From: Takakia lepidozioides
Taxonomy: Eukaryota > Plantae > Bryophyta
Direction of reading: 5' to 3'
Assembly: GCA_030704615.1 (NCBI GenBank)
Contig: CM060732.1
Coordinates: 10,106,001 to 10,170,000 of the forward strand
DNA length: 64,000 bases
This document shows positions 1 to 13,993 of the stretch, in pieces. The first letter of the stretch is position 1. The number at the start of each line of letters is the position of its first letter. A program made the position numbers and the translations under genes. The notes under the pieces are model-generated. The model saw only the letters and a program-made list of their open reading frames with translations, was not told where the DNA came from and did not search any database.

Positions 1-59
1 GCAGCCATGGTGTATGTTGAGGTTGTTTTGCATAGGCGTGTGGATTGGCAGACAACTAG

Positions 60-2425
60 GAGCCTGTGACAAGGTACGTCCAACACACTCGCAAAGATTG
101 AAAGCAATAACAAATCATTTAAACAGCGAACAGTGGGTCCACCCTTTCACTCAATTTTGATTAATCTGATACTTGAGAAGAGCCTGTGACAAGGTATGTC
201 CATCACACTCGCAATGTTTATAAGTAATAAAAAATCATTTCAACAGGGAATGATGGGTTCACCCTTTGAATCAATTTTGATTGACCTGATACTTGACACG
301 TACCTCTGACAAGGTATGTCCAACACACTCGCAATGTTTGACAGCAATCAAAAATCATTTGAAGAGCAAACGATGGGTTCACCCTTTCAATCAATTTTGA
401 TTGACTTGATACTTGACACTTACCTCTGACAAAGTATGTCCAACACACTCGCAATGTTTGAAAGCAATCCAAAATCATTTGAACAACGAACGATGGGTTC
501 ACCCTCCGAACTAGTTTTGATTGACCTGATACTGGACATGTCTCTACTAAGGTATGCCGAACACACTCGCAATGTTTAAAAGCAATCCCAAATCATGTCA
601 CTAGGGAACGATGAGTTCACCCTCTAAACCATTTTTGGTTGACCTGATACTTAAGAGGAGCCTGTGACAAGGTATGTCCAACACACTCCCAATGTTTAAA
701 AGCAATCACAAATTCAGATCACCAGGGAACGATGAGTTCACCCTCTGAACCATTTTTGATTGACCTGATACTCAACAAGTACCTCTGACAAGGTATTTCA
801 AACACACTCGCAAAGATTGGAAGCAATGAAAAATCATTTCACCAGGGAACAATGAGTTCACCATCTGAACCAATTTTGATTGACCTGATACTCAACACGT
901 ACTTCTGGCAAGGTATGTCCAACACACTCGCAAAGATTGAAAGCAATCAAAAATCATTTCACCAGGGAACGATGAGTTCACCCTTCGAACCAATTTCGAT
1001 TGACCTGATACTTGACACGTACCTCTAACAAGGTATGTCCAACACACTCGCAAAAATTGAAAGCAATCACAAATTAATTTCACCCGGGAATGATGAGTTC
1101 ACCCTTTGAACCAATTTCGGTTGACCTGATACTTGAGAGGAGCCTATGACAAGGTATGTCCAACACACTCGTAATATTTAAAAGCAATCAAAAATCATTT
1201 CAACAGCCAATGATGGGTTCACCTTTTGAATCATTTTCGATTGACCTATTACTCGACACGTACCTCTAACAAGGTATGTCCAACATACTCGCAATGTTTG
1301 AAAGCAATCAAAAATCATTTGAACAGCAAACGATGAGTTCACCCTTTCAATCAATTTTGATTGACTTGATACTTGAGAGGAGCCTGTGACAAGGTATGTC
1401 CAACACACTCGCAAAGATTGAAAGCAATAAAAAATCATTTGAACAACAAACGATGGGTTCACCCGCCGAACCAATTTTGATTGACCTGATACTGGACATG
1501 TTTCTCTGATAAGGTATGTCGAACACACTCGCAATGTTTAAAAGCAATCCAAAATCATGTCACCAGGGAACGATGAGTTCACCCTCTGAACCATTTTTGG
1601 TTGACCTGAAACTTGAGAGGATCCTGTGACAAGGTATGTCCAACACACTCGCAATGTTTAAAAGCAATCACAAATTCAGTTCACCAGGGAACCATGAGTT
1701 CTCCCTCTGAACCAATTTTGATTGACCTAATACTCAACAGGTACCTCAGACAAGGTATATCCAACACACTCGCAAAGATTGAAAGCATTCAAAAATCATC
1801 TTACCAAGGAACGATGAGTTCACCCTCCAAACGAATTTTGATTAACCTCATACTCAACAGGTACTTCTGACAAGGTATGTCCAGCACACTCGCAAAGATT
1901 GAAAGCAATCAAAAATCATTTGAATAGCGAACGATGAATTCAACCTCCGAACTAATTTTGATTGACCTGATACTCAACGGGTACGTCTGACAAGGTATGT
2001 CGCAAAGATTGAAAGCAATCACATATTCATTTCACTAGGGAACGATGATTTCACCCTTTGAAACAATTTTGGTTGACCTGATACTTGAGAAGAGCCTGTG
2101 ACAAGGTATGTCCAACACACTCGCAATGTTTAAAAACAATCTAAAATCATTTCAACAACCAATGATGGGTTCACCCTTTGAATCCATTTCCATTGAACTG
2201 ATAATCGACACGTACCTCTAACAAGGTATGTCCAACACACTCGCAATGTTTGAAAGAAATCAAAAATCATTTGAACAACGAACGATGGGTTCAACCCTTC
2301 AATCAATTTTGATTAATCTGATATTCGGGAGGTACCTCTGACAAGGTATGTCCAACACACTCGTAAAGATTGAAAGCAATCAAAAATCATTTGATTTACC
2401 TGATACTCGACAGGTCCCTCTGATA
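60..2425. repeat. ~120-bp tandem satellite (~20 monomers) with ~960-bp (8-mer) higher-order repeat
   Basis: Core AAGGTATGTCCAACACACTCGCAA recurs every ~120 bp; diagnostic variants recur ~960 bp apart (e.g. GATACTGGACATG at ~528 and ~1488). The array abuts the truncated MTase-like region of E1 at ~2425. Confidence 0.95.
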
Positions 2426-5400
2426 ATCGGGACGGCGCTCTTGCGGGTCCACTTCGCAATTCCTGTCTGAGTGTTTTTTCCTCTGCTCGCCAGGACAACC
2501 ACACAGCCTCTGTCGTCCAACACCATGCGGGCAAGCCCGAATCCTTTCTTCCAAAAGTCCTCCGAGTACCTGTTCCAAGATGGCAAAGCTTGCAGTCCTT
2601 CCACAGGCTCTCCGTCCGGAATATCCAAGATGATCATATCGCAAGACCACTCGGTGGCATTTCCGCCCCTCCTACAATCCTAGTCTGCACACACCCTCTC
2701 AAAGAACGAGACCATATTCTGAAATCCTGGGGTGTCGGAAGGCTCTTCGGCAGTCGCTTTCTTCAGTGCTCTGCCCTTCAGACCCTCCATGGTCTTCAGG
2801 TATGCCAACTTGGCTGCCCGTCCATCCAAAGCCGCCAAGAAACTCTCATTTACACAGTGGACTACAGTTTCGGGAGCCACTTTCGGCCTCTTCATTTCCA
2901 CCGGCTCGAAAGGGTGCCCCCCTGGGGGGTTGAAGAGTGCCTTCTTTGCCGAGCCAGTTCTCGTGCCTCTCGTGACAACGGTGGGCACAGGGGAGGCAGC
3001 CTGCGTTTGGGGGGGTGGGCTGGTTGCAAAGTCTCCATCGGAGTCCTCTTCCTCACCCTCTTCCTGAACAGGCTGTTTCTGCTTCTTCGTTTTGGCGGGT
3101 GTCACAACAGCTGCTCCTTGCTGGCGAGTCCTCTTCTTCGACCCCTTCTGTTGGGCCTGCACAGCTGCATCCACCGTCTTTTGTGCCATCTCAGCTGCCT
3201 TTCTGGATTCTTCCAGAGCAGCAGATTCCTTTGCCGACTTTGGCCCAGCAGGGACACGTCTTTCCTTTCTCTTCTCTTCTGCCAAGGCGTGCAGATCTTT
3301 CTCAGACTCGTCAACAATACCGCCAGACATGTCCAGGTACCACGGGCATCCAATGAGATGCGCGGGATGCCATTGTTTCTGCATCTCGGGTGTGTAGACA
3401 CAGCTTGGGCCCGCCACGGTCCAAGCCATGAAGAAGGGGGCTCTTGAGCCAGGGCCCCTGTCTGAAGGAGCACGTATTTCATATACCTGCAAGGCAGTCA
3501 GCATGCGTGAGCAAAACTTGAGACCAACCTACTGGCAGAGTGCCACCGAAAACATAAAATGCGAATGCGGTGCCGCATTTCCGAGACAAACCTCGTAACC
3601 AGGCTTCGCATACAAGGGCAGCTGTGCTTCACCTGTAAACAATTCGCATTGCAGCTTTCCCCGCTCCCTCCTGATGTGTAAACTCCACGCTCCTTCTTGC
3701 TGTCTGTAGCTCTCTGGCGAAAAGGTTGTCCTTGTACGCACATCTGAAACGTGTCACGTAGTCTTCCAATGTCTGTGTTCCATCCCATTTGACGTACAAG
3801 CCGAACGAATTTGTGTGCATTACGACTTGCTCCTTCGCATTCGACATTACCTGCGATTCCCAAATGCATTGTCACGTAGCAGTTCAGGGAATTCATTTCA
3901 GAAAAGCAAATCTGGGGAAGTACCTTGAATTACCTGGAACCACCAAGTCATGCGGTTGAGCCACACATCCACTGCAGGGTCGGAAACTTCGAGTGGAAAA
4001 GACCACATTGTCCTTATGCTCTTGGATGCATTCCAGATCGACAGCCACTGTGTCTGCCATTTCCGATCCAATGTCAGGAGCTGGAAGAGAGTGGCTATTG
4101 CTAGGAAGGAACTTCAGTGCATTGAAACCTCACCTTCTCTTTCGCCTCCACACATGCCGTTGAGAGGTGATGCAGTTTCTCCAATTGCATGGTCGGCTGC
4201 ATGGCCGAGAATAGTGTTTTGCAATCTCGGGGATGAAGTCCTTTCCAAGTGCCGGATCTGCAATTGCCACCAGCTTCACAAGCTTTGACTTGTATTTGGT
4301 CTGGACTTGACACCGGCTTCCTTCAAGTGCTCAGTCAATGACTGCAACGTTTTCACCTGCCCCTCACTTTCCATGAAGAAGCGTTTGGCATGGGCCAAAT
4401 CCAGCTTGATGTTTGACTGCCAACAAAAACATGCAGAAGCGTTACATTCGATTCATGTGGAAACATTACTGAAAATTGGGGAAGGATGAGCAGAGGGAAA
4501 TTGGAGGACGACTTACTTCGTATATCACCTCCACCATTCCATCCATAGTGAGACGATACCATGTCCGGTCTGTTTTTGCAACGGCTTTCTGAATGAGCTC
4601 GGGCTCCAGCATTTCCGCAAACATCTGCGGATCAGTGAGACCAGTTTTCCTCACCCTGTACAGCATGTGTGCCATGTGGGTATGCACGTACGCATTTTCA
4701 GTGACCCTGCAAGGCACACTCTCCAGTTCAGTACACGGAAGCACGGAAACAAACCAGAATGGAAACCGAAATGCGGCACCGCATTTCGAACGTGCTAGGA
4801 GGGTATGAGTATCTTACGAGTTGAGGTCCGCCATGGCATTCTTGAGCAGGGAGGAGTCTGCCGCCTTCACCTTGAGGATGACACACTCCACCATGTAATG
4901 CCAGCCAATGTGCTTGGCATGGTTCTGCTTGATGTACTCCCACCAGGCGAGAAGTCGGTGATTCCCATCCCACACAAAGAACATTTTACCCGACATATGG
5001 GCGAAGTCGGGATCACCCTTCAGCGTCGCCTCGAATTCGTGGTTGCGAGTGTGCCAGTGGGTATCCCACGTTGACAATTCATCGGCAGTGGGTCCACGAG
5101 TTTCGCCGTCCTCATTCTCAATGGAAACGTAAAACGCTACCGATCCCAGACGGTACCCTTCTCGAAATGCGAACTTGAGCTTATCCACATCTCCGGGAAG
5201 GGCCTGCCTGACGATGGGAAGGGAGACCATGCGACAGAGTGGGATTCGAAGAGTCCGCTGGAATACCCTGCTGCCCAGAACTCTGCCAATGCTACTATGT
5301 GTCTCCTCCAACATTTTATCCGCTGCACTTTTGAAATCCTCCGGAGACATGTCTGTAGGTGCCGGTAGTGGCTGAGCAGCTGGAGCATCCTCAACTGGAG

Positions 5401-6088
5401 CTGCACTCTGGGGCCTGTCTGCGGGCAATTCTGCCATTGCAGAGGCCTCCTCCGGGCCTGCTTGCTCATCGGTGGTGAGGTCTTGCTGCGAAAGTTGAGC
5501 GGCAGCACCCTCCTCCGGTACCAAATCAAGATCAACGGTCGATCCCATTGCCTTCGCTGCAGCAGAGTCGGCCCCAACATCTGCAGGCGGGAAATCCTCC
5601 AGGAACTGAGCTTCAGCTCGTGGAAGCGGTTTTGCGGGAGATTGTTCGCCCGTCGCCCTGATTGCCTTCTGCTTCCTCATCCTTGCAGGTGAAGGTGTCT
5701 GCTGCAATTGAATCTGTCTTCTACCCTGCTGCTTCATTCGCGCTGGGGGGGGTGAATCGGCCTGAGCCGGTTCAGAAGCCAGTAGAGGGACGGGCTGCTT
5801 CTTCTTCGACTTTGCTGGAGAAGGGCCCGACCCCTGCTGGCGATTCTCCAGGACCGAAGAACGCGAGTCGATCTCTGGGACTTTGAACTTGCCCTTCGAA
5901 GACGCGTCTTTGAATCGCAGAGGGCTAGGCCCGGCAGGAATACCCGCGCTCGGGGATCGGGTGGTGTACGTGCTGCAGCTAGCTCCTCGGACTCTTCCTG
6001 CGGCTCTTCGGATTCCTGCGATCCCTCCAGCACGTCCACCTTTCCTGTTAGGCATGCAAACATGTTCTGCATTCAAGTCTCCTAGCAT
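2426..6088 (-). pseudogene. Multi-exon ParB/Srx-like + beta-class DNA methyltransferase-like gene, 3'-truncated
   Basis: Exon ending at 4818 has IPLCRMV..VR..DVDKLK..F..GY and FVWDGNHRLLA. GT-AG introns at 4817-4707 and from 4516. Later exons match copy EK (LAHAKRFFMESE, VAIADP). Terminal part CDMIILDIPDG...RMVLDDRGCVVVL matches the E2 MTase-like region. Frameshifts and a stop at ~2680. Confidence 0.8.
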
Positions 6089-6681
6089 TCAGTCTAAGAA
6101 TTACAGAAGCAAAATGGGGGTTCGGTGCTCGATCAGCTGCGCGCAGCCCGATCGCATGGAGCTCTCACTGGTGGCTGGGTTGCCTGAGTGGCCTGCTGCT
6201 CGGAGATGGCAATCTCCTCCTGTAGACGCATCTGCTTCCTCCCCTTCGGCATTGGCCTACGTCCGAAGTATAATTTCCGGAGCTTGCGACGAGGTCTCCT
6301 GGCTGGTGCACGAACTCCCCCCTCTCAGGTTCGAGCATAAGAAGAACAGAGAGGGAAAAAGGGCCAAAGAGTGCAGATGGAAAGGGGGCGAGAGGGGTGA
6401 CTGAGGAGACACTACAAAAGTAGATGAAACGGCGGTGATGCACCACTTGGGTTCGAAAGGGTTGGACGAAAGTGTCTCCTCGGGGAGTTTGCGTCATTAC
6501 GAAATTCGAATCGTTGAGGGTATGCCTGCCGTCCGAAAAACAAACATCATTATCGAACGGTCAGGCCGCGCCGCCTCATGCCCCTTCAGTCAGATAGAGT
6601 GCCGACATGTGCAGCAATTCCGTTGCTCCACGTGTTCACATTTCAAGGTATTTCCGTCACAGCGTCTGATGAGTTGGAGCG

Positions 6682-8643
6682 AAAATGCGAATGCGGCGCC
6701 GCATTTCCGTTAAGTACCATCACGAAGCTACACATCCGTACTTGTTGGAAGAAAATGCGGCACCGCATTTCCGTTCCACCTTCACATACCTTAGTTGTTG
6801 AACGGAAATACGGTGCCGCATTTCCGTCCCACAGCTCCAAGTATGAGATTCAAAAGGGAAATGCGGCGCCGCATTCCGTTCTGGAATGTCGAAAGGTGCG
6901 ATTGGGACGGGAATGAGGCACAACATTTCTGTTCCCGTGGTTCATGATTTTCAATGTGAACGGAAATGCGGTACCGCATTTCCGTTCCCACTTCACATCC
7001 GTTAGATGATGAATGGAAATGCCATGCCACATTTCCGTTCGGGAAAGTATAGAGGTCTCACCTGGACAGAAATTCGGTGCCGCATTTCCGGTCCGGAAAC
7101 TTTGAAGGTCTCACATGGATGGAAATGCTGCTACACATTTTCGTAGCACAGCTCCAGGCCCAATATACAAAATGGAAATGCGGCGCCGCATTTCCGTTCT
7201 AGAATGTCGGAAGGTGCGACTGGAACGGAAATGCGGTGCCGGATTTCTGTTCCCGTTGCGCACGATTTTCAGTCAGAATGGAAATGCGGTACCGCATTTC
7301 CGTTCTGTTAGAGTATTAACGTCTGACGCTGGCGGAAATGCCGTGCCGCATTTTCGTTCCACAGCTCCGTGCCTCACATACAAAACGGAAATGCGGCGCC
7401 GCATTTCCGTTTTGGAATGTCGGAAGGTGCGACTCCGACGGAAATGCGGTACCGCATTTCAGTTCCGAGGTTTCAGGATATTTCATCAGAACGGAAATGC
7501 GGTGCCGCATTTCCCTTTGAATCTAATACATTCCGTTCTGGAATGTTGGGAAGTGCGACTCGGATGGAAATCCGTTGCCGCATTTCAGTTCCGACGGTTC
7601 ACGATTTTCAGTCAGAACGGAAATGCGGTACCGCATTTCCGTTCTGGAATGTTGGTTGGTGCGACTCGGATGGAAATACGGTGCCGCATTTTAGTTCAGA
7701 TGGTTCACGATTTTCAGTCAGAACGGAAATGCGTTGCCGCATTTCCGTTCTGGATAGTATGAATGTCTCAAGCAGTCGGAATTGCGCTGTATGAAGCTGT
7801 CGGAATCGCACTCGGCTCCATGCATCAGATACAAAATGGAAATGCGGCGCCGCATTTCCGTTCTGGAATGTCGAAAAGTGCGACTCGGACGGAAATGCGG
7901 TGCCGCATTTCTGTTCCCGTTGTTCGTAAATCTCAATCAGAACGGAAATGCGGTACCGCATTTCCGTTCCACCTTCACATACCGTGCTTGTGAATGAAAA
8001 TGCGGTACCGCATTTCCGTTCTGGAGAGTATGAATGTCTTTTAGGACGGAAATGTGCTGCAGCATTTCTATCCCCAGCTCCATTCATCAGATACAAAAAT
8101 GGAAATGCGGCGCCGCATTCCGTTCTGGAATGTCGAAAAGTGCGACTCGGACGGAATGCGGTGCCGCATTTCTGTTCCCGTTGTTCGTAATCTCAATCAG
8201 AACGGAAATGCGGTACCGCATTTCCGTTCCACCTTCACATACCGTGCTTGTTGAATGAAATGCAGTACCGCATTTCCGTTCTGAAGTATGAATGTCTTTT
8301 AAGGACGGAAATGTGCTTCAGCATTCTATCCCTCAGCTCCATCATCAGATACAAAATGGAAATGCGGCGCCGCTTTTTCGTTCTGAAATGTCGGAAAAGT
8401 GCGACTCGGATGGAAATGCGGTGCCGCATTTTTGTTCCCGTTGTTCATAATTCTCAATCAGAACGGAAATGCGGTACCGCATTTCCGTTCCACCTTCACA
8501 TACCGTGCTTGCTGGATGGAAATGCGTTACCGCATTTCCGTTCTGAGAGTATAAAGGTTTCCCCCGGACGGAAACTCGGTGCCGCATTTCCGTCGCTCTG
8601 TTGCAGACCAAGATGCAATACGGAAATGCGGCGCCGTATTTCC
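6682..8643. repeat. Array of 22-bp palindromes GGAAATGCGG(CG/TA)CCGCATTTCC at ~53-bp period
   Basis: Palindrome starts at 7174, 7227, 7280, 7334, 7387, 7440, 7493 etc.; about five spacer types recycle in a higher-order unit. Confidence 0.95.
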
Positions 8644-9060
8644 GTCCACCGGCAATCGAAAGAATCAATCGGGACGGGAAATTGGAACCTGAATGGGTTG
8701 CATTGTTCCGAAACAACACAATTGCGGCCAGTCTTGATGAGCACAACTTGGTTGTCTGACCGTTTTAACCAGCAGTCCTGGCACTTGTCAGTGCGAACGT
8801 TCCTGTCTGCACCGAGAATACTGCTGGATCCACCCTCAGGAGAAACTGTCAGGAGATGTTATTTCATCGCCGAATCGGCCATCATTGTCATACTCACTGG
8901 CTATGGAATCAAACCTCCCACCTTCATGCATGTAGCTTGAAACAATACTTTCCACTTCAATGTGCAACTTTCCAATCGTCGATGGACTCCGCATGGTGCC
9001 TGTGAGCCTTGGTCTGTCGCTATACTGAACCTCGCACTTGCCAACTCCGTGCGGTGTTCG

Positions 9061-12000
9061 ATGGCTCCGAATTCCTACGCTATAGTTTGCTGTCCTCCGC
9101 AACTTGGGAGAGCCTGGATCCCAAACGAGGGAGGACTTTGCAGAGTGACTGAAACTTACCTTTGTTCCAATTCAAGCTCAAACCGGGCACAGTTTATTTG
9201 GAAGAAGAAAGGAAGGATGTTCCTGGACAGGTTGACGAGACCATTGTCGTGCTGGTACGAGGAGGTTGCGGAATCGAATGGCACGTTCCCCCGTCAGACA
9301 CCATCCTGACCGAGCTGTGGGAATGCCCATTCCCTTTCCGAATCAGTCGCTGCCCACACCATCCACCAAAGGAGTCCGGAAACCGAGAGGCGGCCACTGC
9401 CAACAGAGAGGTATGCAACGATAATCATTCCGACCTGACCGTCAAGACCCTCCATAGCTTCTCGTGGAATATCGACATTTCCGACGAGAAGATGATTGCA
9501 TTGAGGTACCCATGTCCTCCACACGGTCGTTCAAATCCGGCATGGACGTCTCTGTAGGTGCTACGCATGTGCCCTCGAGCATAACTCCAACCCGGTCCAT
9601 TGTGCAGCTCCTACGACGACATCACCTCGATGGTTCTCGCTCCGAGCTGGCTGCTCTTGACTATGCCAAATTCCCAGTCAGAAAGGTAACTTTCTGCCTC
9701 CCGAAGTCGATGGCAATGTCATCTTCGAGTTTCCACCTGTTGTCAAAGAAAGCCTCCGGGATGTTAACAGACATGGATCGAAAGCATGACGGACACCCCT
9801 GGTGTGTGACAAAGACCAGTAGCACGAAATTGCTGATGGTGTTCGTGTACGATATGTCCTCTGTGCGGGGAAGCTGAGGTGCCTCAATCCCACCTGCTTC
9901 CCACTTTCTCTCCAAAGGAGGGCGGAGAAACGAGACGGATTGGACTGCACAACGCATCATCCATTCATTGTCTCCAGCCAAGCTCCCGCGGGTTCTTTCA
10001 AGTGTGCACATTGCAAAGAACCACCGACGTGCATGTCCATGTGCAGAGCCAAGCAATACTACGTTATCCATTTGCTCCCGGACTTGACTAGAGCTTGCAT
10101 ACACGTTGGGGTCCACTGCCACCCCTTGGGAGAGGCAACATGCGTGAGGCTGTGCAGGAAGCACACGACATCATAAAAGAGGAGGTGAAATTGAGCCCCG
10201 GAGCCAGACCAAAGCAGATTCAGCTGAAGGCAGCCCACAAGATTGCTCTTGGCAAAATCATGTCTGAAGATGGTTCCGACCGAGAGAGCCCTTGACCGAA
10301 GACGAGATGCGTGACCTCTTGGAGTCCGTCTCGCACGTTTGTAGTCCCGAATGTGCGGAATCACATCGTATCTTGCAAGCAGGAGTTCGGCAGGGGGTCG
10401 GACATGTACTCAATCCTGGAGGTGAACGAATGACTGGATATGACTACATCCAAGGTAGCAGGTTTCCAGGCAAGGCAGCGAATCCGATCGTTGTTACATT
10501 TTCAAAATGACGTAGTGGAGTCGACTTGGTCACTCGCATGACAACTGAAACTTGTCGAATGCTTGGGTGATGTTTGATCACATCAAGCGAATTACAAACC
10601 ATCAGTGGGTGACTATGCATGTTTATGACTATCACTCCAAGAGGCTCATGACGATTGCAATCTGCGAGATGAAAGGGAGGACACACAGTCCAAGATGCAT
10701 CTGTGGGAGGGCATAAACGAGCAGATGGCAAGGGCGGGATTGCCAGAGCCCAATTTCAGGGGATTCATGGCAGACAACGCTCAGGCCAACTGGGGCAGCG
10801 GTGCGGCGTGTGTACGGTGAGGACCCCAATGTTCCAATGGAGGGGAAAGAGATCCTGTGGATTCCATTGGATGCAGAGTCTATCCCACTACACTACCAAA
10901 TTTGTTGCTAGCTCATTCCAGGCTGAACACCGTGTCCTTTGTACGGCGTGGAAGGATGCACCCACATTTGATGACGCGGAGGTTAAGTTTGCTATCATCG
11001 AGGCTTGGTGGAACACGTCAGGTGCAGTGGAGACAACCAATCTGGGAGCATTGCACAGCTGGTTGGGGTGGTGGCATTTTCGGTATCGACAGTTCGGACA
11101 GTACATGCGGGAGGTAGGCTGCTGTCATTTTCGTTCATTTGTCTTTCTGTTACGGACATTTCGATTGGTCCCTCACCATTGTTTGTGTCCTTCTAGGAGC
11201 GGTGCTTGGATTCCGACACGGACATGCCGAACACGAATATGGCAGAATCGGTCCACTCCTCCTGGCGAGCGTCTTCTGCCGCACATCTGGTGGACGTAGT
11301 CACGGCCCACAACGGAGGACATCGACAGAGCAATCATGCAGCAAGCCACGTACTACAAGTTCTTGAGCGGCAAACAATGGGGCTTTGGGCCGGACAGGGA
11401 GGAATTGTTGGTACGAACAGCTTCGAGGTCCAAGAATCCAGTGAAATGGGCGACAGCATTGCGAGAGAAGATCAAAGGGACGCCTCTGCACCGCAGAGGT
11501 GAACACCTAGAGGGGGACGTCCGGACTCGCCCTGTCAGGCGGAGGATTGAAGAGGAACCCGGTGCGAAGAGGATTCCTGGATCCGACAGAAACATTCGGA
11601 CAGCACCTCGAGGTCCCGTCATGTTGCCGCACAATGTGTCTTCCAGCAGTGGAAGCCCAAGAAATTCCAGATCGCCGTCGCCTTCAACCGGGGATTTCGT
11701 GCGAAAAATTCCCACCGCTCCCTTGCCCCACATTCCGCCCGCTGTTATGCAGTATGGCCAAGCCATTGTGGAGACGACTGTGTCTGCATCACAGTGGAGA
11801 ATTGCTCGCACAAAGCCGTCGTTTCGAGGAAGGTGTTCCGCAATTCGTGTGGATACACGGCAACGTTGTTTAGAGATGATAAGGAGGAATCCAGATGGGG
11901 CTGTCCCTGCTCCTACTTTTACAGGAAGATTTGTCCATGCAAAGTTTGCGGAGGCGACAACCACCCAGTTCTGGTTCTGCAGGCACGACATTATGACTTG

Positions 12001-12571
12001 CGTGTATGGAAAGCCCAAGTACGGCATACAAACAATGCCAGAGGCTCCCCCGGTGTGGCCGGTGGAACCAGGCTGCGATCTGAGTCAGGTTGAGGCCGAC
12101 GCCCTTACCGCCGCAGGATTTCGGATGGTGCAGCGCACTGACGTCCCCAGACAACCATTTCCGCTTCCACAGCCTCCACCACCGACCCCTGTGAGAGCAA
12201 GAACAATGGGACACGACAGCTCTAAGCATCCTACACACCGTTGGGGAAACCGAAGGCGGCGACCTCCCTCAAAAGTGAACGAGACAAGGATGGGGAATGC
12301 ACTTCGGATGAACTGTACAATCCAGAGCTCGACAGAAGTGCCCCCACCAGGATTCGGGCGTGTGTATCAGATGGCCACGGCGGGCTCAGCTGTTCGCAAT
12401 GAGGTGTACACCATCACCATTTCAGAATTACCCACCTGCAATTGCACCGACTTCCAGATCATGGCGAACAAGGGGGCATCATACTGCCCTTGCAAGCATT
12501 TGTACTACGTGTACCTAAAGAGACTCCGTTGTAATTCCACAACTCATCACTTCATACATGCACCAGGGTGA
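9061..12571 (+). pseudogene. MULE-type DDE transposase with N-terminal GCM-like Zn domain and C-terminal SWIM finger (frameshifted)
   Basis: Fragments DRKHDGHPWCVTKT, CAHCKEPP..RACIHVGVHCH, WVMFDH, FMADNAQANW, SCGFH, NTNMAESVHSSW and PTCNCTDF...CPCKHLYY are collinear with the 757-aa E2 ORF; many 1-bp indels. Confidence 0.88.
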
Positions 12572-13369
12572 GCCCCCAGGAGGTTCACACTCTTCTGAAT
12601 ATGGATCCAGGGGACCAGTGAGCTTGGCTTGCGGTCCACATACAATGGTACGCCCATCCTTTTCGGATAGTAGAACTGTACTGCTGCCAGTACCTCAGAC
12701 TCTGGCCACAGAAAGGTCCGACATATGTCTTGCCTACCAGTAACCTGTTTTGATCGAACTAAGATATTACTATATCGTTCACTTGTTTCCACGTGCATGT
12801 ATTTTTGTATGTTGGAGGGTTCATGTTTTTCTGCTTTCCGAAAACTTGCTCTCCTCATTCGACCTCCGACAAGGAAATGCGGCGCCGAATTTCCAAGTAT
12901 CGTCGTAGGTACCCCCAGAGGCGGGCCTTCGCCAACACCAAACCGCTCCGAAATTTCGCACGTGCGAACCCTAATGTGGCACCCTATTTCCCAGTTCAGT
13001 TGCAAACCTTTCCCGCCGAATACCCGAAGAAGACAGAATTGTGAAGTACTGCAGACTGTATTGGTGCAGACTCCATTGGTTCAATCGCGGCAAAAGGGTC
13101 AGCTTCATTCCAATGTTAAGGCATGTAAAACCGCGGAATACTCTATACAGGCCAGTATGCGACGTCCTTTTGCAGTGGTATACTGGATTTCCCGTTGCAC
13201 GGTCACTTATTTCCATGAGCGGATCTATAAAACCATGAGCGGACTTGTTACTGACGACATATCTTCGCCGCATTACATGATCTGGAACGTCCAAAAACGG
13301 CAAGGTCAAATAAAAAACTATTATTTTAATACTTGTTTAATCTGCCGCATTTCCAAATTTGGAGGAGTC

Positions 13370-13473
13370 CGCTCATGAAATCCGCGTATCTTAGACTTCG
13401 GCTCACCGCTCATGCGGCTCATGCGGCTCATGGCTCATGGCTCATGGTTTCTGCTCATGAAATAGTAAACCTC
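13370..13473. repeat. E1 terminal inverted repeat plus subterminal (GCTCATG) repeats
   Basis: GCTCATG repeated several times, ending in GCTCATGAAATAGTAAACCTC; the same motif marks both E2 ends. Confidence 0.85.
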
Positions 13474-13993
13474 GACTTATAGACCGCACCATGAACCTCA
13501 GTATCAACATGCCATCTGCACCAGTAATTGGTGTACATCGAGTGGAACCCGCATGCAGATATAGGATGACTAGCTGCCAAGTTAAACTTCCATGAATTTC
13601 TGTGATCTTCATGAAGTGCAACCGCCACTTTTGAAACAATTGTGTATATGAAATTTGGGAATTTTGTCACTTGTCAATTGTCAAATTTCAATGGAATCAT
13701 GAATGCAATGAAAAAACATATGTTTCATATAATATATGAATCATTTCATGGCCACAAGAAACTTGAAAATCATCTCAATGCGCAATTTTCAAATGTCATA
13801 GTGCTTTTTATAACCACGCGAGAAAATTGGGTACATCTAAAATTTGTAACTCCATGAACCATCATGCTATAGCATACGACTCTTGTAAAATTGCCTACAA
13901 CATGTCTTTCTTATAGCAATCGTGAGGCTCCATCCAATTGAATGGTGGCGACATGAAACGTGGCGTTATGGCACTCAACGTCGGTCGAGTCTC

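Larger units (their letters stand above)
2426..13473. mobile_element. MULE-family element E1 (ParB/MTase-carrying); left end missing or interrupted by the satellite
   Basis: Same organisation as E2 in opposite orientation: ParB-MTase gene (-), palindrome array, transposase (+). Right terminus GCTCATGAAATAGTAAACCTC (13453-13473) matches the reverse complement of the E2 left TIR at 20/21. Confidence 0.88.

Noticed and set aside
218-1870. ORFs in the satellite
   Set aside because: Translations simply mirror the 120-bp monomer.
6682-8643. CRISPR array (palindromic 22-bp repeat with ~31-bp spacers)
   Set aside because: Spacers recur cyclically rather than being unique, there are no cas genes, and the context is an intron-containing eukaryotic transposon. 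The same applies to 53300-55260.
9100-11330. Programmed frameshifting in the E1 transposase
   Set aside because: Numerous scattered 1-bp losses relative to the open E2 frame; decay or long-read indel error is more likely.
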